This document shows, in pieces, positions 11,590 through 21,765 of a stretch of 64,000 nt of DNA. Position 1 is the first letter of the stretch. Every line of letters starts with the position of its first letter. Both the position numbers and the translations under genes were made by a program. Under the pieces are notes generated by a model. That model ran no database searches and had not been told where the DNA came from. It saw only the letters and a list, made by a program, of their open reading frames with translations. Source of the DNA: an uncultured Gemmatimonadaceae bacterium (GTDB taxonomy: Bacteria > Gemmatimonadota > Gemmatimonadetes > Gemmatimonadales > Gemmatimonadaceae); NCBI GenBank assembly GCA_963817955.1, contig CAWFQK010000004.1, positions 256,001 to 320,000 on the forward strand, in the 5' to 3' direction.

Positions 11590-11617
11590 AACCTACCAGT
11601 ACGAGGGGGGGTGTCAA
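11590..11617 (-). promoter_or_regulatory. Sigma70-like promoter for truA operon (probably leaderless)
   Basis: Minus strand TTGACA (11617-11612), 16-nt spacer, TAGGTT (11595-11590), 7 nt, then ATG. Confidence 0.6.
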
Positions 11618-11739
11618 GCAACGCGCCACACACGGAAACCCACGGAAGCGATTGACATTGCGTGACGTACGCGCTCACATTTGGTCAGAAACTCCATCCG
11701 CGTCGCGCGCCCTTCGCGTGCGCCTCAGTAGCCTCCTCG

Positions 11740-13041
11740 ATGCCGCCGCGCACGCTCGCTTCTCTCGCCCACGCGCTGACCGTTTCAGCCTCACCGGACG
11801 CCGCGCTGCAAGCCCTCGGCGAGGCGCTGGCTGAGGTCGACCGTTTTGCGCACATCGCGCTCGTTCGGTTTGACGAGCGGCGAGGAATGCTCAGCGAGCG
11901 CATCTTGGCGAGCGGTGCTCGCAGCGAGACGATCGCCCTGGAGACAACGTTCGATCATCTCCCGACGCGCGAGCGCGTCGCGATCACCGCCGGCGGTCAA
12001 TTCGTCGACTTCGGGGAGAGCGGGGACGAGTTTGCCCGTCTATTCGAACTGCCCAGCCTGGGCGAGCCAGGCTGGCTGAGTGCGCGCGGGCTGCGATACG
12101 AAGGTCAGCTGAGCGCCGTGCTCGTTCTGCACGAGTCGCGGAAGATGTTCGGAGCGCGCACGGCAGAGAGGTTCCTGCCGGCAATCGCGCTGTTCGAATT
12201 GGGCTACTTGAGGTTTCTCGAGCGGGACGCGCGGCTCGAAGCGGTCCGAACACTCGAGGACGTCACGCAGCGCATTCATGGCGAGACTGAGCTGCGCCTG
12301 GCAGAGATGGAGGCCCAACTGACTGACGCCGGGCGACAGATGGCCTCTGCCGATGCGGCACGCATGGTAACGCTCGAACGCGAACTGGCCCAAGCCACGG
12401 AGGATGCCCGCCGCGCGCTACGCCGTGCCGAAGCAGTCGAGGCAACGGTCTCATCGGCCGTGGAACAGCTCGAGAAGGTGCATGTCGAGCTGCATCGGCG
12501 CAGCGAGTCAGTGCGCCAGAAGACGCGCACCATCTATCTGATCGATCGTGTCCTCACTCTCGATTCGTCCGCAGACGACCCCCGGCAACTCGCCGATGGA
12601 TTGCTTGCACTGGTCGGCGATGATATGCACGCCCATCGCTGCTCGCTGATGCTGCGCGCACCGGACGGCGATTCGCTATACATCGCGGCCGCGCGGGGGG
12701 TTGCGCCGGGCATCTCGGAAGGGGCGCGCGTTTCGATGAGGCAGGGCGTCGCGGGCCGCGTGGCTGCCAGCCGCGAGCCGTTGCTCGTGCGCGACGTAGC
12801 CGAGGCCAATCAGCACCCGCTCTTGCGCGACCAGTACTTCACTACTGGTTCGTTCATCAGCTTCCCACTCGTCTACCACGACGAGTTAATCGGCGTCGTG
12901 AATCTGGCAAACCGGGCCATGCAAGGACTGTTCACCGAGGAGGACGTGGATCGCGTCCGCATTCTCGCCCTCGTGATTGCACTGGTTGCCGCACACGCCC
13001 GCCTCCCAGAACGTCTCGTCGAGGCCTTCAGTGTCCGTTAG
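11740..13041 (+). CDS. GAF-domain protein (degenerate N-terminal GAF-like region, coiled coil, C-terminal GAF)
   Basis: C-terminal GVAGRVAASREPLLVRDV...SFISFPLVYHDELIGVVNL...FTEEDV is typical GAF; central heptad-rich helix. Confidence 0.75.
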   Translation: MPPRTLASLAHALTVSASPDAALQALGEALAEVDRFAHIALVRFDERRGMLSERILASGARSETIALETTFDHLPTRERVAITAGGQFVDFGESGDEFARLFELPSLGEPGWLSARGLRYEGQLSAVLVLHESRKMFGARTAERFLPAIALFELGYLRFLERDARLEAVRTLEDVTQRIHGETELRLAEMEAQLTDAGRQMASADAARMVTLERELAQATEDARRALRRAEAVEATVSSAVEQLEKVHVELHRRSESVRQKTRTIYLIDRVLTLDSSADDPRQLADGLLALVGDDMHAHRCSLMLRAPDGDSLYIAAARGVAPGISEGARVSMRQGVAGRVAASREPLLVRDVAEANQHPLLRDQYFTTGSFISFPLVYHDELIGVVNLANRAMQGLFTEEDVDRVRILALVIALVAAHARLPERLVEAFSVR

Positions 13042-14071
13042 TCCAGCCAACGCCCTTCTCGCCACGATCAGGCGGCTCACATCAGGGGAGCCGCCGCAAA
13101 CCGACGAACTGACCGGGGCATTCGACGTCGTGCTCGCGGGGGATGCGACACCGGCACAGATCGCCGGGCTACTCGTCGGATTGCGGATGAAGGGCGAGAC
13201 TCCCGTCGAGCTCGCGGCAGTGGTGCGCGCGCTGCGCCGCGTGATGGTCGTGTTGCCCGCCGACGATCCCGATCAGCTGGTGGACACATGCGGCACTGGC
13301 GGCGGCATGATCAGTACATTCAACATTTCGACGGCTGCGGCACTGCTCGTCGCGGGAGCCGGAACTCGTGTGGCCAAGCATGGGAACCGATCGTTCACGA
13401 CGCAGTGCGGTAGTGCCGATGTGCTCGAGGCCCTCGGTGTGTTGATCGATGCACCGGTTCCCACCATGGCCGCTGCGTTGCGCGATGCAGGCATCGTCTT
13501 CATGTTCGCGCCCTTGATGCATCCCGCAATGCGGCACGTCGGCGTGGTGCGACGCGAGCTCGGGGTCCAGACGGTGATGAACATGGTGGGACCGCTCGCC
13601 AACCCAGCGAATGCCGGACGGCAGGTGGTCGGCGTGTCGGACGCACGGCGTCTCGCGCTCATTGCTGGCGCGCTGCTCGAGCTCAACACCGTGCACGCGC
13701 TGGTCGTGCACGGCGCCGGGATGGACGAGATTTCACCGTTCAGTGAATCCGAGGTGCTGGAGATCCACGACGGTCGCTTGTCCGAGTGGAAGGTCAATCC
13801 CAAGCGATATGGATTCGGCGGCGGCTCGCCGGAAGAGCTGGCGGGGGGGACGCCAACGGAAAACGCGACTGCGGTGTTGCGCGTGCTGCGTGGCGACGCG
13901 AACGAGCCGTCCATGGCGGCGGTCATCTTGAACGCGGCGGCCGCTTTTTACGTCGGCGGCCGCTGTCGGAACTTCGATGAAGGTGTCGAGGCGGCGAGAG
14001 CAGCCGTCAGGTCCGGGGCGGGCCTTGTTGCCCTGGACCGGCTCCGCGTCGCGTTCGGAGCCGGTCGCTAG
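13031..14071 (+). CDS. trpD: Anthranilate phosphoribosyltransferase
   Basis: DTCGTGGG, FNISTAAA, AKHGNRS, GSADVLEALG, FMFAPLMHPAMR. Confidence 0.96.
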   Translation: MSVSPANALLATIRRLTSGEPPQTDELTGAFDVVLAGDATPAQIAGLLVGLRMKGETPVELAAVVRALRRVMVVLPADDPDQLVDTCGTGGGMISTFNISTAAALLVAGAGTRVAKHGNRSFTTQCGSADVLEALGVLIDAPVPTMAAALRDAGIVFMFAPLMHPAMRHVGVVRRELGVQTVMNMVGPLANPANAGRQVVGVSDARRLALIAGALLELNTVHALVVHGAGMDEISPFSESEVLEIHDGRLSEWKVNPKRYGFGGGSPEELAGGTPTENATAVLRVLRGDANEPSMAAVILNAAAAFYVGGRCRNFDEGVEAARAAVRSGAGLVALDRLRVAFGAGR

Positions 14072-14072
14072 A

Positions 14073-14096
14073 ACCGGCGCGCCACCGCGCGCCGGT
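14073..14096. terminator. Perfect 10-bp hairpin between convergent trpD and lexA
   Basis: ACCGGCGCGC-CACC-GCGCGCCGGT; no U tract. Confidence 0.5.
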
Positions 14097-14098
14097 CG

Positions 14099-14707
14099 TC
14101 AATAACGTCGCATCACTCCGACGACGATTCCCTGGATCTTGACGTCGTTCTCGTGCACGTAGATCGGCTGCATCGTCTCGTTCGCCGGTTGCAGACGAAT
14201 ACGTCCATCGCGCTCGCGGTAGTACTTCTTCACCGTGGCTGACGTGCCATTGACAAGCGCAATGACCATCTCGCCATTGTCAGCGCGCTGACGCTCGTTC
14301 ACGACGACGAAGTCACCGTCGCGAATCTGCTCGTCAACCATCGAGTTCCCGCGCACACGGAGCACGTAATGGTTGCCGCCGCGCCCAACCATGGATTCGG
14401 GGACACAGAATGTTTCGTTGTGCTCCAGCGCTTCGATCGGCAGGCCGGCCGCCACACTGCCGAGTAGCGGCAGCTCAAGCGCTCGCGGTGAGGCCTCGCT
14501 GGGCATGATCTCGATGGCGCGACTCTCGTTGTAATTGCGCTTGATGTAGCCCTTGCGCTCGAGGTTGGTCAGGTGTTCGTGAACGGTCGCCAGCGAACTA
14601 TAACTGAAGTTCTCGGCGATCTCCTCGAAGCTGGGCGCGAAACCGTTTTGCTCCGAGTACGCCGTGAGGTAGTTTAGTATTTCGCGTTGACGTTTCGTGA
14701 GCGGCAT
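14099..14707 (-). CDS. lexA: SOS repressor LexA
   Basis: MPLTKRQREIL, PSFEEIA, SLATVHEHLTNLERKGYI helix, VAAG cleavage site, GNSM catalytic Ser, ATVKK catalytic Lys. Confidence 0.97.
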   Translation of the reverse strand: MPLTKRQREILNYLTAYSEQNGFAPSFEEIAENFSYSSLATVHEHLTNLERKGYIKRNYNESRAIEIMPSEASPRALELPLLGSVAAGLPIEALEHNETFCVPESMVGRGGNHYVLRVRGNSMVDEQIRDGDFVVVNERQRADNGEMVIALVNGTSATVKKYYRERDGRIRLQPANETMQPIYVHENDVKIQGIVVGVMRRY

Positions 14708-14759
14708 GGCTGACACCCTGTTCAGCTTATTTATGAAGGAAAGCGCTGATACTCGCTTC

Positions 14760-14803
14760 CCGAATAAGTCCCGAAATACTACGATATCCGAAGAAGGACC
14801 GAA
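14760..14803. promoter_or_regulatory. Two CCGAA-N6-CCGAA direct repeats, candidate LexA operators
   Basis: CCGAA-taagtc-CCGAA (14760-14775) and CCGAA-gaagga-CCGAA (14788-14803) in the lexA/trpC divergent spacer. Confidence 0.7.
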
Positions 14804-15625
14804 GTGCAAGCTTCTCCTCCCTGGACCGCTCCAACGGGCACTCTCGGTGGCCTACTCGCCGAAGCCAAACAACGGGCTGAGACCCTGGATGCACGACGCT
14901 CCGAGCTCATCCGCTCGGCGAACGCGGCACGCACGGGCCCGTCGTTCGTCGCCGCCTTGAGAGTTGAGACGGTCGCCATCGTCGCCGAAGTGAAGCGTCG
15001 CTCGCCGTCGAAGGGGTGGATCAAACCGGGGCTCTCTGCCGTGCTCCAAGCGCTCGCCTACGAGGCGGGGGGGGCGGCTGCCATCTCCGTTCTTACGGAA
15101 CCGGACCACTTCGGCGGATCAACCAGCGACCTGGTGGCCGTCCGGGAAGCGGTGGGCATTCCAGTGCTCAAGAAGGACTTCCATGTTGCGCCCATCCAGC
15201 TCGTAGAGGCCCGGGCGCTCGGCGCGTCGGCCGCGCTACTGATTGCGCGTGCACTCTCCCCAGCCGATCTGCCGCAGATGACTGCGACGGCTCGCGACCT
15301 GGGATTGGAAGTTCTCGTCGAGATTCGAGATGAGCGTGAGTTGGTCCGCGCGCTGGACGCGGGAGCCAAGGCGATCGGCATAAACAATCGCGATCTCGAG
15401 ACATTGGCGATTGATCCCGCGACCTCCGAACGGCTCCTCGGATCAATGCCCGATGACGTCGTCGCGATCGCCGAGAGCGGTGTCAGCGGTCGTGCCGACG
15501 TCGAACGAATCGCTCGGTTCGGTGCGGACGGGGTCCTCGTCGGCTCGGTCATTTCCGCAGCGGACGACCCGACAGCAGCCGTACGCGATCTCGCCGGAGT
15601 GCTGCGGCAATCTCGTGCCCGTTGA
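14804..15625 (+). CDS. trpC: Indole-3-glycerol phosphate synthase
   Basis: AEVKRRSPSKG, ISVLTEPDHFGGS, PVLKKDF, GINNRDL, AESGV. Confidence 0.96.
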   Translation: MQASPPWTAPTGTLGGLLAEAKQRAETLDARRSELIRSANAARTGPSFVAALRVETVAIVAEVKRRSPSKGWIKPGLSAVLQALAYEAGGAAAISVLTEPDHFGGSTSDLVAVREAVGIPVLKKDFHVAPIQLVEARALGASAALLIARALSPADLPQMTATARDLGLEVLVEIRDERELVRALDAGAKAIGINNRDLETLAIDPATSERLLGSMPDDVVAIAESGVSGRADVERIARFGADGVLVGSVISAADDPTAAVRDLAGVLRQSRAR

Positions 15626-16268
15626 CATCAAGTTCTGCGGGTTGACGCGCCCCGAAGATGCTGACCGTGCCGTCCGGCTCGGAGCGACGTATACCGGAGT
15701 CATCTTTGCGGGCGGACTGCGGCGTTTGACGGTGGACCGCGCGGTGAGCGTACTGGCAACTGTGCCACCGACCGTGCAGCGCGTCGGCGTTTTTTCGGAC
15801 CAGTCGGACGACGAGGTGCTGCGCACGGCGGATCAGCTCGCACTCAAGGTCCTCCAACTCCATGCCGCCTCGACCCCAGACCGAATCACGCGGATCAAAG
15901 AGCGGTTTGACGGTGACGTTTGGGCGGTGATTCGAGTCGAAGGTGGTGCGCTTGCACTGGCAACGGCTGAGATTCTCGTGGTAGCGGACGGGTTACTACT
16001 CGACGCGTTCGTGCCTGGTACGCTTGGTGGAACCGGGGTGACCATTCCATGGGCGGAATTGGCGATTGCGCTGGCGCCGGTGCGCGGAAGAACTCGAATC
16101 GTGCTTGCCGGTGGGCTTCGCCCGGAGAACGTCGCCGACGCGATTCGCGCAATGCGTCCGGACGTCGTAGATGTTTCATCAGGAGTAGAATCCGCTCCTG
16201 GTATCAAGGATCAAGGACGCATGCGCGCATTTTGCGATGCGGTCAGAGAGGCTTCAATCCCATCATGA
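15615..16268 (+). CDS. trpF: Phosphoribosylanthranilate isomerase
   Basis: [48 protein letters not shown]. Confidence 0.95.
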   Translation: MPVDIKFCGLTRPEDADRAVRLGATYTGVIFAGGLRRLTVDRAVSVLATVPPTVQRVGVFSDQSDDEVLRTADQLALKVLQLHAASTPDRITRIKERFDGDVWAVIRVEGGALALATAEILVVADGLLLDAFVPGTLGGTGVTIPWAELAIALAPVRGRTRIVLAGGLRPENVADAIRAMRPDVVDVSSGVESAPGIKDQGRMRAFCDAVREASIPS

Positions 16269-17449
16269 CAACGGCCCATCAGGATCGGTTCGGCGCATTC
16301 GGCGGTCGATATGTGCCGGAGACGCTCATCCCGGCGATCGACGAGTTGGAGCGTGCGTACGACGCGGCACGCGCTGATCCGTCGTTCATCGCGGCGGTCG
16401 AGCACATGCTCACGACGTACGTCGGGCGCCCGTCCGCGCTGAGCGACGCGCCGCGTTTCTCCGAGCATGTCGGAGCGCAGGTATGGCTGAAGCGTGAAGA
16501 CCTCAACCACACCGGTGCGCACAAGATCAACAACACGGTGGGACAGGTGTTGCTGGCGCGACGGATGGGGAAGACGAGGATCATCGCCGAAACCGGCGCC
16601 GGACAGCACGGTGTCGCCACGGCCACGGTGTGTGCTCGGTTTGGCCTCGAATGCATCGTGTACATGGGGGAGGAGGACATGCGGCGCCAAGCGCTGAACG
16701 TCTTCCGCATGAAGCTCATGGGCGCGCGCGTCGTCGGTGTGTCGAGCGGGACACGCACCCTCAAGGACGCGACCACCGAAGCCATTCGTGATTGGGTGAC
16801 AAACGTCCACGACACCTACTACATCATCGGGTCTGTCGTCGGGCCGGCGCCGTATCCGCGCATGGTCCGCGACTTCCAGTCGGTCATCAGCCGGGAGGCG
16901 CGGGCACAAATGCTCGCACGTGCCGGCCGGCTGCCCAAGGCGGTGGTAGCGTGCGTCGGCGGCGGATCAAACGCCATGGGGGTCTTCGCCGAGTTCATCA
17001 ACGACCGGGACGTCGACCTGGTGGGCGTGGAGGCCGCCGGCATGGGCCTCGATACCGGCCATCACTCGGCATCATTGACCCGTGGCCGTCCCGGTGTCCT
17101 GCACGGCTCATTGAGTTATCTCTTACAGGACGAGCACGGGCAAGTGCACCCGGCGCACTCCATTTCCGCGGGTCTGGATTATCCAGGAGTGGGACCCGAG
17201 CACGCCTACCTCAAGGACATTGGCCGCGCCGAATACGTGTCGGTCACCGACCGTGAAGCGCTGGAGGGCTTCCAGCTCCTCAGCCGCCTGGAGGGGATCA
17301 TCCCTGCGCTCGAGACGGCGCATGCGGTGAGCTGGATCGCATCGCAGAAGGGCCGTTGGGCGAGTAATGAGCCAGTGCTGCTCTGCGTGAGCGGCCGTGG
17401 TGACAAGGATGTGGCGCAGGTGAGTGAAATGAGTATCTTGGAACCGTGA
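16265..17449 (+). CDS. trpB: Tryptophan synthase beta chain
   Basis: [15 protein letters not shown] (PLP Lys), [39 protein letters not shown]. Confidence 0.98.
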   Translation: MTTAHQDRFGAFGGRYVPETLIPAIDELERAYDAARADPSFIAAVEHMLTTYVGRPSALSDAPRFSEHVGAQVWLKREDLNHTGAHKINNTVGQVLLARRMGKTRIIAETGAGQHGVATATVCARFGLECIVYMGEEDMRRQALNVFRMKLMGARVVGVSSGTRTLKDATTEAIRDWVTNVHDTYYIIGSVVGPAPYPRMVRDFQSVISREARAQMLARAGRLPKAVVACVGGGSNAMGVFAEFINDRDVDLVGVEAAGMGLDTGHHSASLTRGRPGVLHGSLSYLLQDEHGQVHPAHSISAGLDYPGVGPEHAYLKDIGRAEYVSVTDREALEGFQLLSRLEGIIPALETAHAVSWIASQKGRWASNEPVLLCVSGRGDKDVAQVSEMSILEP

Positions 17450-19167
17450 CCTCCTCCTCGCCCCCAGCCCCTGGGATACGCGAACCGGAGCCACCCTTTT
17501 CGCCGACGACGGTGGAGGAGTTGCTTCGGCTCTTCGTGAAGGCAGCCCGGGCCCACCAGTTGTACCTCCCCAACAATCCGATCTATCGGGGCGCACTTGA
17601 CGTGCTGCGCGCCGCTTTCGGTCCGATCTGGGCAGAGACGGACGAATTGGCGCTCGTGATCGGCGAAAGCGAGATCCGCTGGTTCGGCGCCATAGTAGCA
17701 GGTGAGTCGGGGGGGGCGAAGTCGCCGGACAATCTCGCGTGGCTATTCTTCAAGGACGGCGTGCGCGAGCTGCGGATGTTCAAGGGCTTCGAGGAAGCCG
17801 AAATCGTCAGGTTGCTCGAGATCGTCCAGCGCGCGCGCAAGGGATCGGCCGATGAGGACGACCTCGTGACGATGTTGTGGGAAGCCGATTTCGCGCTGCT
17901 GCGCTACAGGTACGTCGATTTGTTACAGGAGGGCGGCGGCAGCGATCTCGCCGATGGTGCCGTCGCCACGACCGTGGAGCCTGGTCAGATCCAGCAGGCG
18001 ACCCAGGAGGCGGTGGAAGAGTCGCGCGCCAGCGGCATCGTCAACATGGCCGAGTTCGACGCGACGCTCTATTTCCTGGACGACCGCGAGATCGAGTACC
18101 TGCAAGACGAGATCACACGCGAATACCAACAGGATCTACGCCAGAACGTCGTCGCCGTGCTGCTCGACATATTCGAGGCGCAGCCGGATCCTGAGATTCG
18201 CGGCGAAGTGATCGAGAATCTGCAGATGTTGATGGTCTATCTGCTGACCGCCGGTCATTTTCGCGGCGTGGCGAGGCTGCTGCGTGAAGCGAATGTGGCG
18301 ATTGGCCGCGCACTGAACGTGACCTCCGAACAGCGGTTGCAGCTCGGGCAGCTTCCCGACCGACTCAGCGCGCCCGACGCGTTGTCGCAGTTGCTGCAGG
18401 CGCTCGACGAAGCGCCGTCCCTCCCGGCACAGAATGAATTGGTCGAATTGTTCGACCAATTGCGTCCGACGGCGCTGGCGACCGTCTTCCAGTGGCTATA
18501 CCGGATTCAGAATGAGCGTTTGCGTCCGCTGCTGGCGGCGGCGGCGGGACGACTCGCCTCGGCCAACACCGCGGAACTCGTGCGTCTGGTGCAATCGCCC
18601 GAAACGGACGTGTCGTCGGAGGCTATTCGGCGCGCCGGAGTGCTCAAGGCGCAGGCCGCCGTACTCGCATTGAGCAAGATCCTCGGTGAGCGGGACGTGG
18701 CACGGCGCCAGCTCGCCGTGCAGGCGCTCACCGACATCGCCTCGCCGGGCGCGCTCCAGGCACTGGAGCGGGCCGTGGAGGACGATGATCGTGAGGTGCG
18801 CATCGCGGCGGTGCGAGCGTTGGCGGCACGCGCCTATCGCCCGGTGCTCAGCCGCCTGGAGTCGGCAGTCAAGGGCAAGAGCGTGCGCGAGGCGGACCTG
18901 ACGGAGATGATGGCGTTCTTCGAGGCGTACGGCGCGCTGTGCGGCGACCCCGGAGTGTCCTATCTCGACTCCGTGCTCAACGGGAAAGGGTTTCTCGGCC
19001 GTCGAGAGGATCCGGAAATTCGCGCATGCGCGGCGATTGCCCTCGGACGGGTTGGTTCAGTCAAGGCAGCCGAATCGTTGCGCAAGGCGTCGGCGGAGAA
19101 AGACATCGTGGTGAGGAACGCGGTGACGCGGGCATTGCGCGGGCCGTCCCAAGGAGCCGACGCATGA
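17446..19167 (+). CDS. HEAT-repeat protein with unannotated N-terminal domain
   Basis: C-terminal PBS-lyase/HEAT-like repeats ([38 protein letters not shown]); GTGA overlap with trpB stop. Confidence 0.85.
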   Translation: MTSSSPPAPGIREPEPPFSPTTVEELLRLFVKAARAHQLYLPNNPIYRGALDVLRAAFGPIWAETDELALVIGESEIRWFGAIVAGESGGAKSPDNLAWLFFKDGVRELRMFKGFEEAEIVRLLEIVQRARKGSADEDDLVTMLWEADFALLRYRYVDLLQEGGGSDLADGAVATTVEPGQIQQATQEAVEESRASGIVNMAEFDATLYFLDDREIEYLQDEITREYQQDLRQNVVAVLLDIFEAQPDPEIRGEVIENLQMLMVYLLTAGHFRGVARLLREANVAIGRALNVTSEQRLQLGQLPDRLSAPDALSQLLQALDEAPSLPAQNELVELFDQLRPTALATVFQWLYRIQNERLRPLLAAAAGRLASANTAELVRLVQSPETDVSSEAIRRAGVLKAQAAVLALSKILGERDVARRQLAVQALTDIASPGALQALERAVEDDDREVRIAAVRALAARAYRPVLSRLESAVKGKSVREADLTEMMAFFEAYGALCGDPGVSYLDSVLNGKGFLGRREDPEIRACAAIALGRVGSVKAAESLRKASAEKDIVVRNAVTRALRGPSQGADA

Positions 19168-20625
19168 CCGGCCCGCGCGGACCGCAGACCACCGCCCCCG
19201 AGCAGCGCGGCCGGGGACCTAGCCGTCCGCCGGGCGGGCCGACAGCTGATCTTCAGCGTATACGGCGCGTTGCGCGCTGTGAAGTTGTACCCGGTTGAGA
19301 ACGCCGCCGTACAGAAAGCTCTGGCGGAGGTGACGCATCAGAGCAAGGAGCTGGTCGGCAACGAGGGCGAGCTCGAGTTGCGGATGTCGGGCGAATTCAT
19401 CTTCATCAATCAGACGCGACTTCGTCTCGACCTCGACAACTTCGCAAGCTTCAGTCATCTCCTGTCGCTATTTCGTGCCTCCGGCGTCGGCAGCGTGACG
19501 GTGAATGAAGGCGTCGGTCCCAAAGACTGGCTGATCTTTCTTTCATTGCTCCAGTCACCTGGGTCGGACGATCCGGGTGAGCGACTCCAGCAGCTCACGG
19601 GCAAGCTCGAAAGCGCCGGCGTCATGGCGTTCACGCTGGCGCCGCCGACGGAGCCGGGGGAAGGGAACCGCGAGAAAGCGAAGGAGCGCGCCAAACGCAC
19701 GTACGCGCAGTCAGTCGCCGCGACAAGTGAGTTGATGTCATCCGTCCGCATGGGCAGCAGCCCGAACATCAAGAAGATCAAGCGGGTGGTGCAGGGGATC
19801 GTGGATCAGATCCTCAATGAGGAAACGTCGCTCATCGGGCTGACGACCATTCGCGACTACGACGAGTACACCTTCACGCACAGCGTGAACGTCTGCATCT
19901 TCTCGGTGGCGCTCGGCAAGCGGCTCGGATTGAGTAAGCTGCAATTATACGATCTCGGCATGGCGGCGCTGTTCCACGACATCGGCAAATCACGCGTGCC
20001 GCAGTCGATCCTCAACAAGTCGGGCGGGCTCACGGACGAAGAGTGGCGCCTCATTGCATCCCACCCGTGGCTGGGAGTGCTGGCGCTGTTCCGCGTTCGC
20101 GGCGCCCAGGAGCTGCCGTATCGCTCGATGGTGGTGGCGCACGAGCACCACATGAAACGGGATCTGACCGGCTACCCGCGACCGATCCGCGAACGCCAAC
20201 TCAGCATGTTCAGCAAGATCGTGGCGGTCGCCGACGGCTTCGATGCGGCAACGTCCCGCCGGTCCTACCAGACCGTGCCGTTCACCCCGGCGCAGGTGAT
20301 GCTGGAAATGCGCGACAACCCGCGCCGCGGCATGGATCCGGTGATCGTGAAAGCGTTCATCAACCTGACCGGTATCTATCCCGTCGGCACGCTGGTCGTG
20401 CTCGACACCTTCGAGCTCGGCATCGTCCACGCCAGTAATCCGCTGCAGGAAATGCTGTCGCGTCCGATCGTCCGCATCGTCAGCGACGACCAGGGCAATC
20501 TCGTGCATCCGGGCAACCTCGTCGATCTGGCCGATCGCAACCCCGATGGCGTCTTCCTGCGCACGATCATCAAGACTGAGACTCCTGAACGTTATGGCAT
20601 CCGGATCGGCGACTACTTCGTCTGA
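19164..20625 (+). CDS. HD-GYP domain phosphodiesterase (5' frame discontinuity near 19170-19220)
   Basis: YTFTHSVNV, FHDIGK, SHP, HEHHMKRDLTGYP, ADGFDAATSRRSY, YPVGTLVVL. AAGGAG plus ATG at 19164 is out of frame with the body. Confidence 0.88.
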
Positions 20626-21418
20626 CGGGTCGACCCACCTCCACGTCGGCAGCATCCAGCGGCGCTTCGCGGAATTGCAGGCGGGCGGCAAACGCGCGTT
20701 GGTTCCTTACATCACGGCGGGCCATCCGGACATTGCGCGCACCGTCGCGTTGCTGCACGGGCTCGAGGACGCAGGCGCCGATGTCATCGAGCTCGGATTG
20801 CCCTTCTCCGATCCGATGGCGGACGGCCCGATCATTCAGGCGAGCTCGCAGATGTCGCTCGAGGGCGGGATGCACTTCAACCGGCTGCTCGAGATGGTTC
20901 ATGGCGCCAACATCCACGTGCCGCTCGTCTTGTTCAGCTACTTGAACCCGATCATCGCGGCTGGCAGCGATGCGTTGACCCGCGCCGCACAGGCAGGATT
21001 CAGCGGACTGCTGCTGACGGATCTGCCGGTGGGCGCCGATCCCGAGCGTGAACACTGGATCGCCGAGAGCCCGCTCGCGTTCGTCCGGCTCGTCGCGCCA
21101 ACGACGCCGGCTGACCGCATGCGCGAGATCTCCGAGCACGGCAGCGGGTTCGTCTATCTCATCAGTCGCCTCGGCGTCACCGGCATGCAGAACGAGTTGT
21201 CTGCCGAATTGCCGGCGACAGTGAAACGTCTGCGCGAGGCGACGGTACTCCCGGTGTGCGTCGGATTCGGCGTGTCGCGTCCGGAACAGGCAGCCGCAGT
21301 CGCGCGCATCGCCGACGGCGTCGTCGTCGGGAGCGCCATTGTTCGTGCCGCGGGCGAGAGTGTTGCCGCTGCGACAACGCTCGCGGCGGCGCTGCGCTCG
21401 GCAATCGACGCGGCGTGA
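20594..21418 (+). CDS. trpA: Tryptophan synthase alpha chain
   Basis: PYITAGHP, IELGLPFSDPMADGPIIQ, LVAPTT, GVTG, VGFGV, DGVVVGSA; start approximate. Confidence 0.96.
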   Translation: MASGSATTSSDGSTHLHVGSIQRRFAELQAGGKRALVPYITAGHPDIARTVALLHGLEDAGADVIELGLPFSDPMADGPIIQASSQMSLEGGMHFNRLLEMVHGANIHVPLVLFSYLNPIIAAGSDALTRAAQAGFSGLLLTDLPVGADPEREHWIAESPLAFVRLVAPTTPADRMREISEHGSGFVYLISRLGVTGMQNELSAELPATVKRLREATVLPVCVGFGVSRPEQAAAVARIADGVVVGSAIVRAAGESVAAATTLAAALRSAIDAA

Positions 21419-21765
21419 GCGCGCCCGTGCACGACATCACGCTCCGCGCCATGCGCTTCCACTCGCTCGTCGGTATCCTGCCGCACGAGCGCGACGTCGC
21501 GCAGCCGATCGAGATCGATCTCACGGTGCGCGTCACGGCCGGCGACGATGTGATCGACTACCGCGGGTTGTATGATCTCGTCGCTCACATCTTTACCGAG
21601 CGGCCGATCGATTTCCTCGAGCAGATCGGCGAACGGGTGGCACGAAACGCGCTCGCCCATTCGCCACGCATTCGATATGTACGCGTCGCCGTACGGAAGC
21701 CGCACGTCGCGCTTCCCGGGCCGCTCGCGTACGCCGAAGTCCTCATCGAGCGCGCGGCGGAATGA
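21415..21765 (+). CDS. folB: Dihydroneopterin aldolase
   Basis: FHSLVGILPHERDVAQPIEIDL, IDY, FLEQIG, VRKPHVAL; precedes folK. Confidence 0.9.
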   Translation: MSAPVHDITLRAMRFHSLVGILPHERDVAQPIEIDLTVRVTAGDDVIDYRGLYDLVAHIFTERPIDFLEQIGERVARNALAHSPRIRYVRVAVRKPHVALPGPLAYAEVLIERAAE

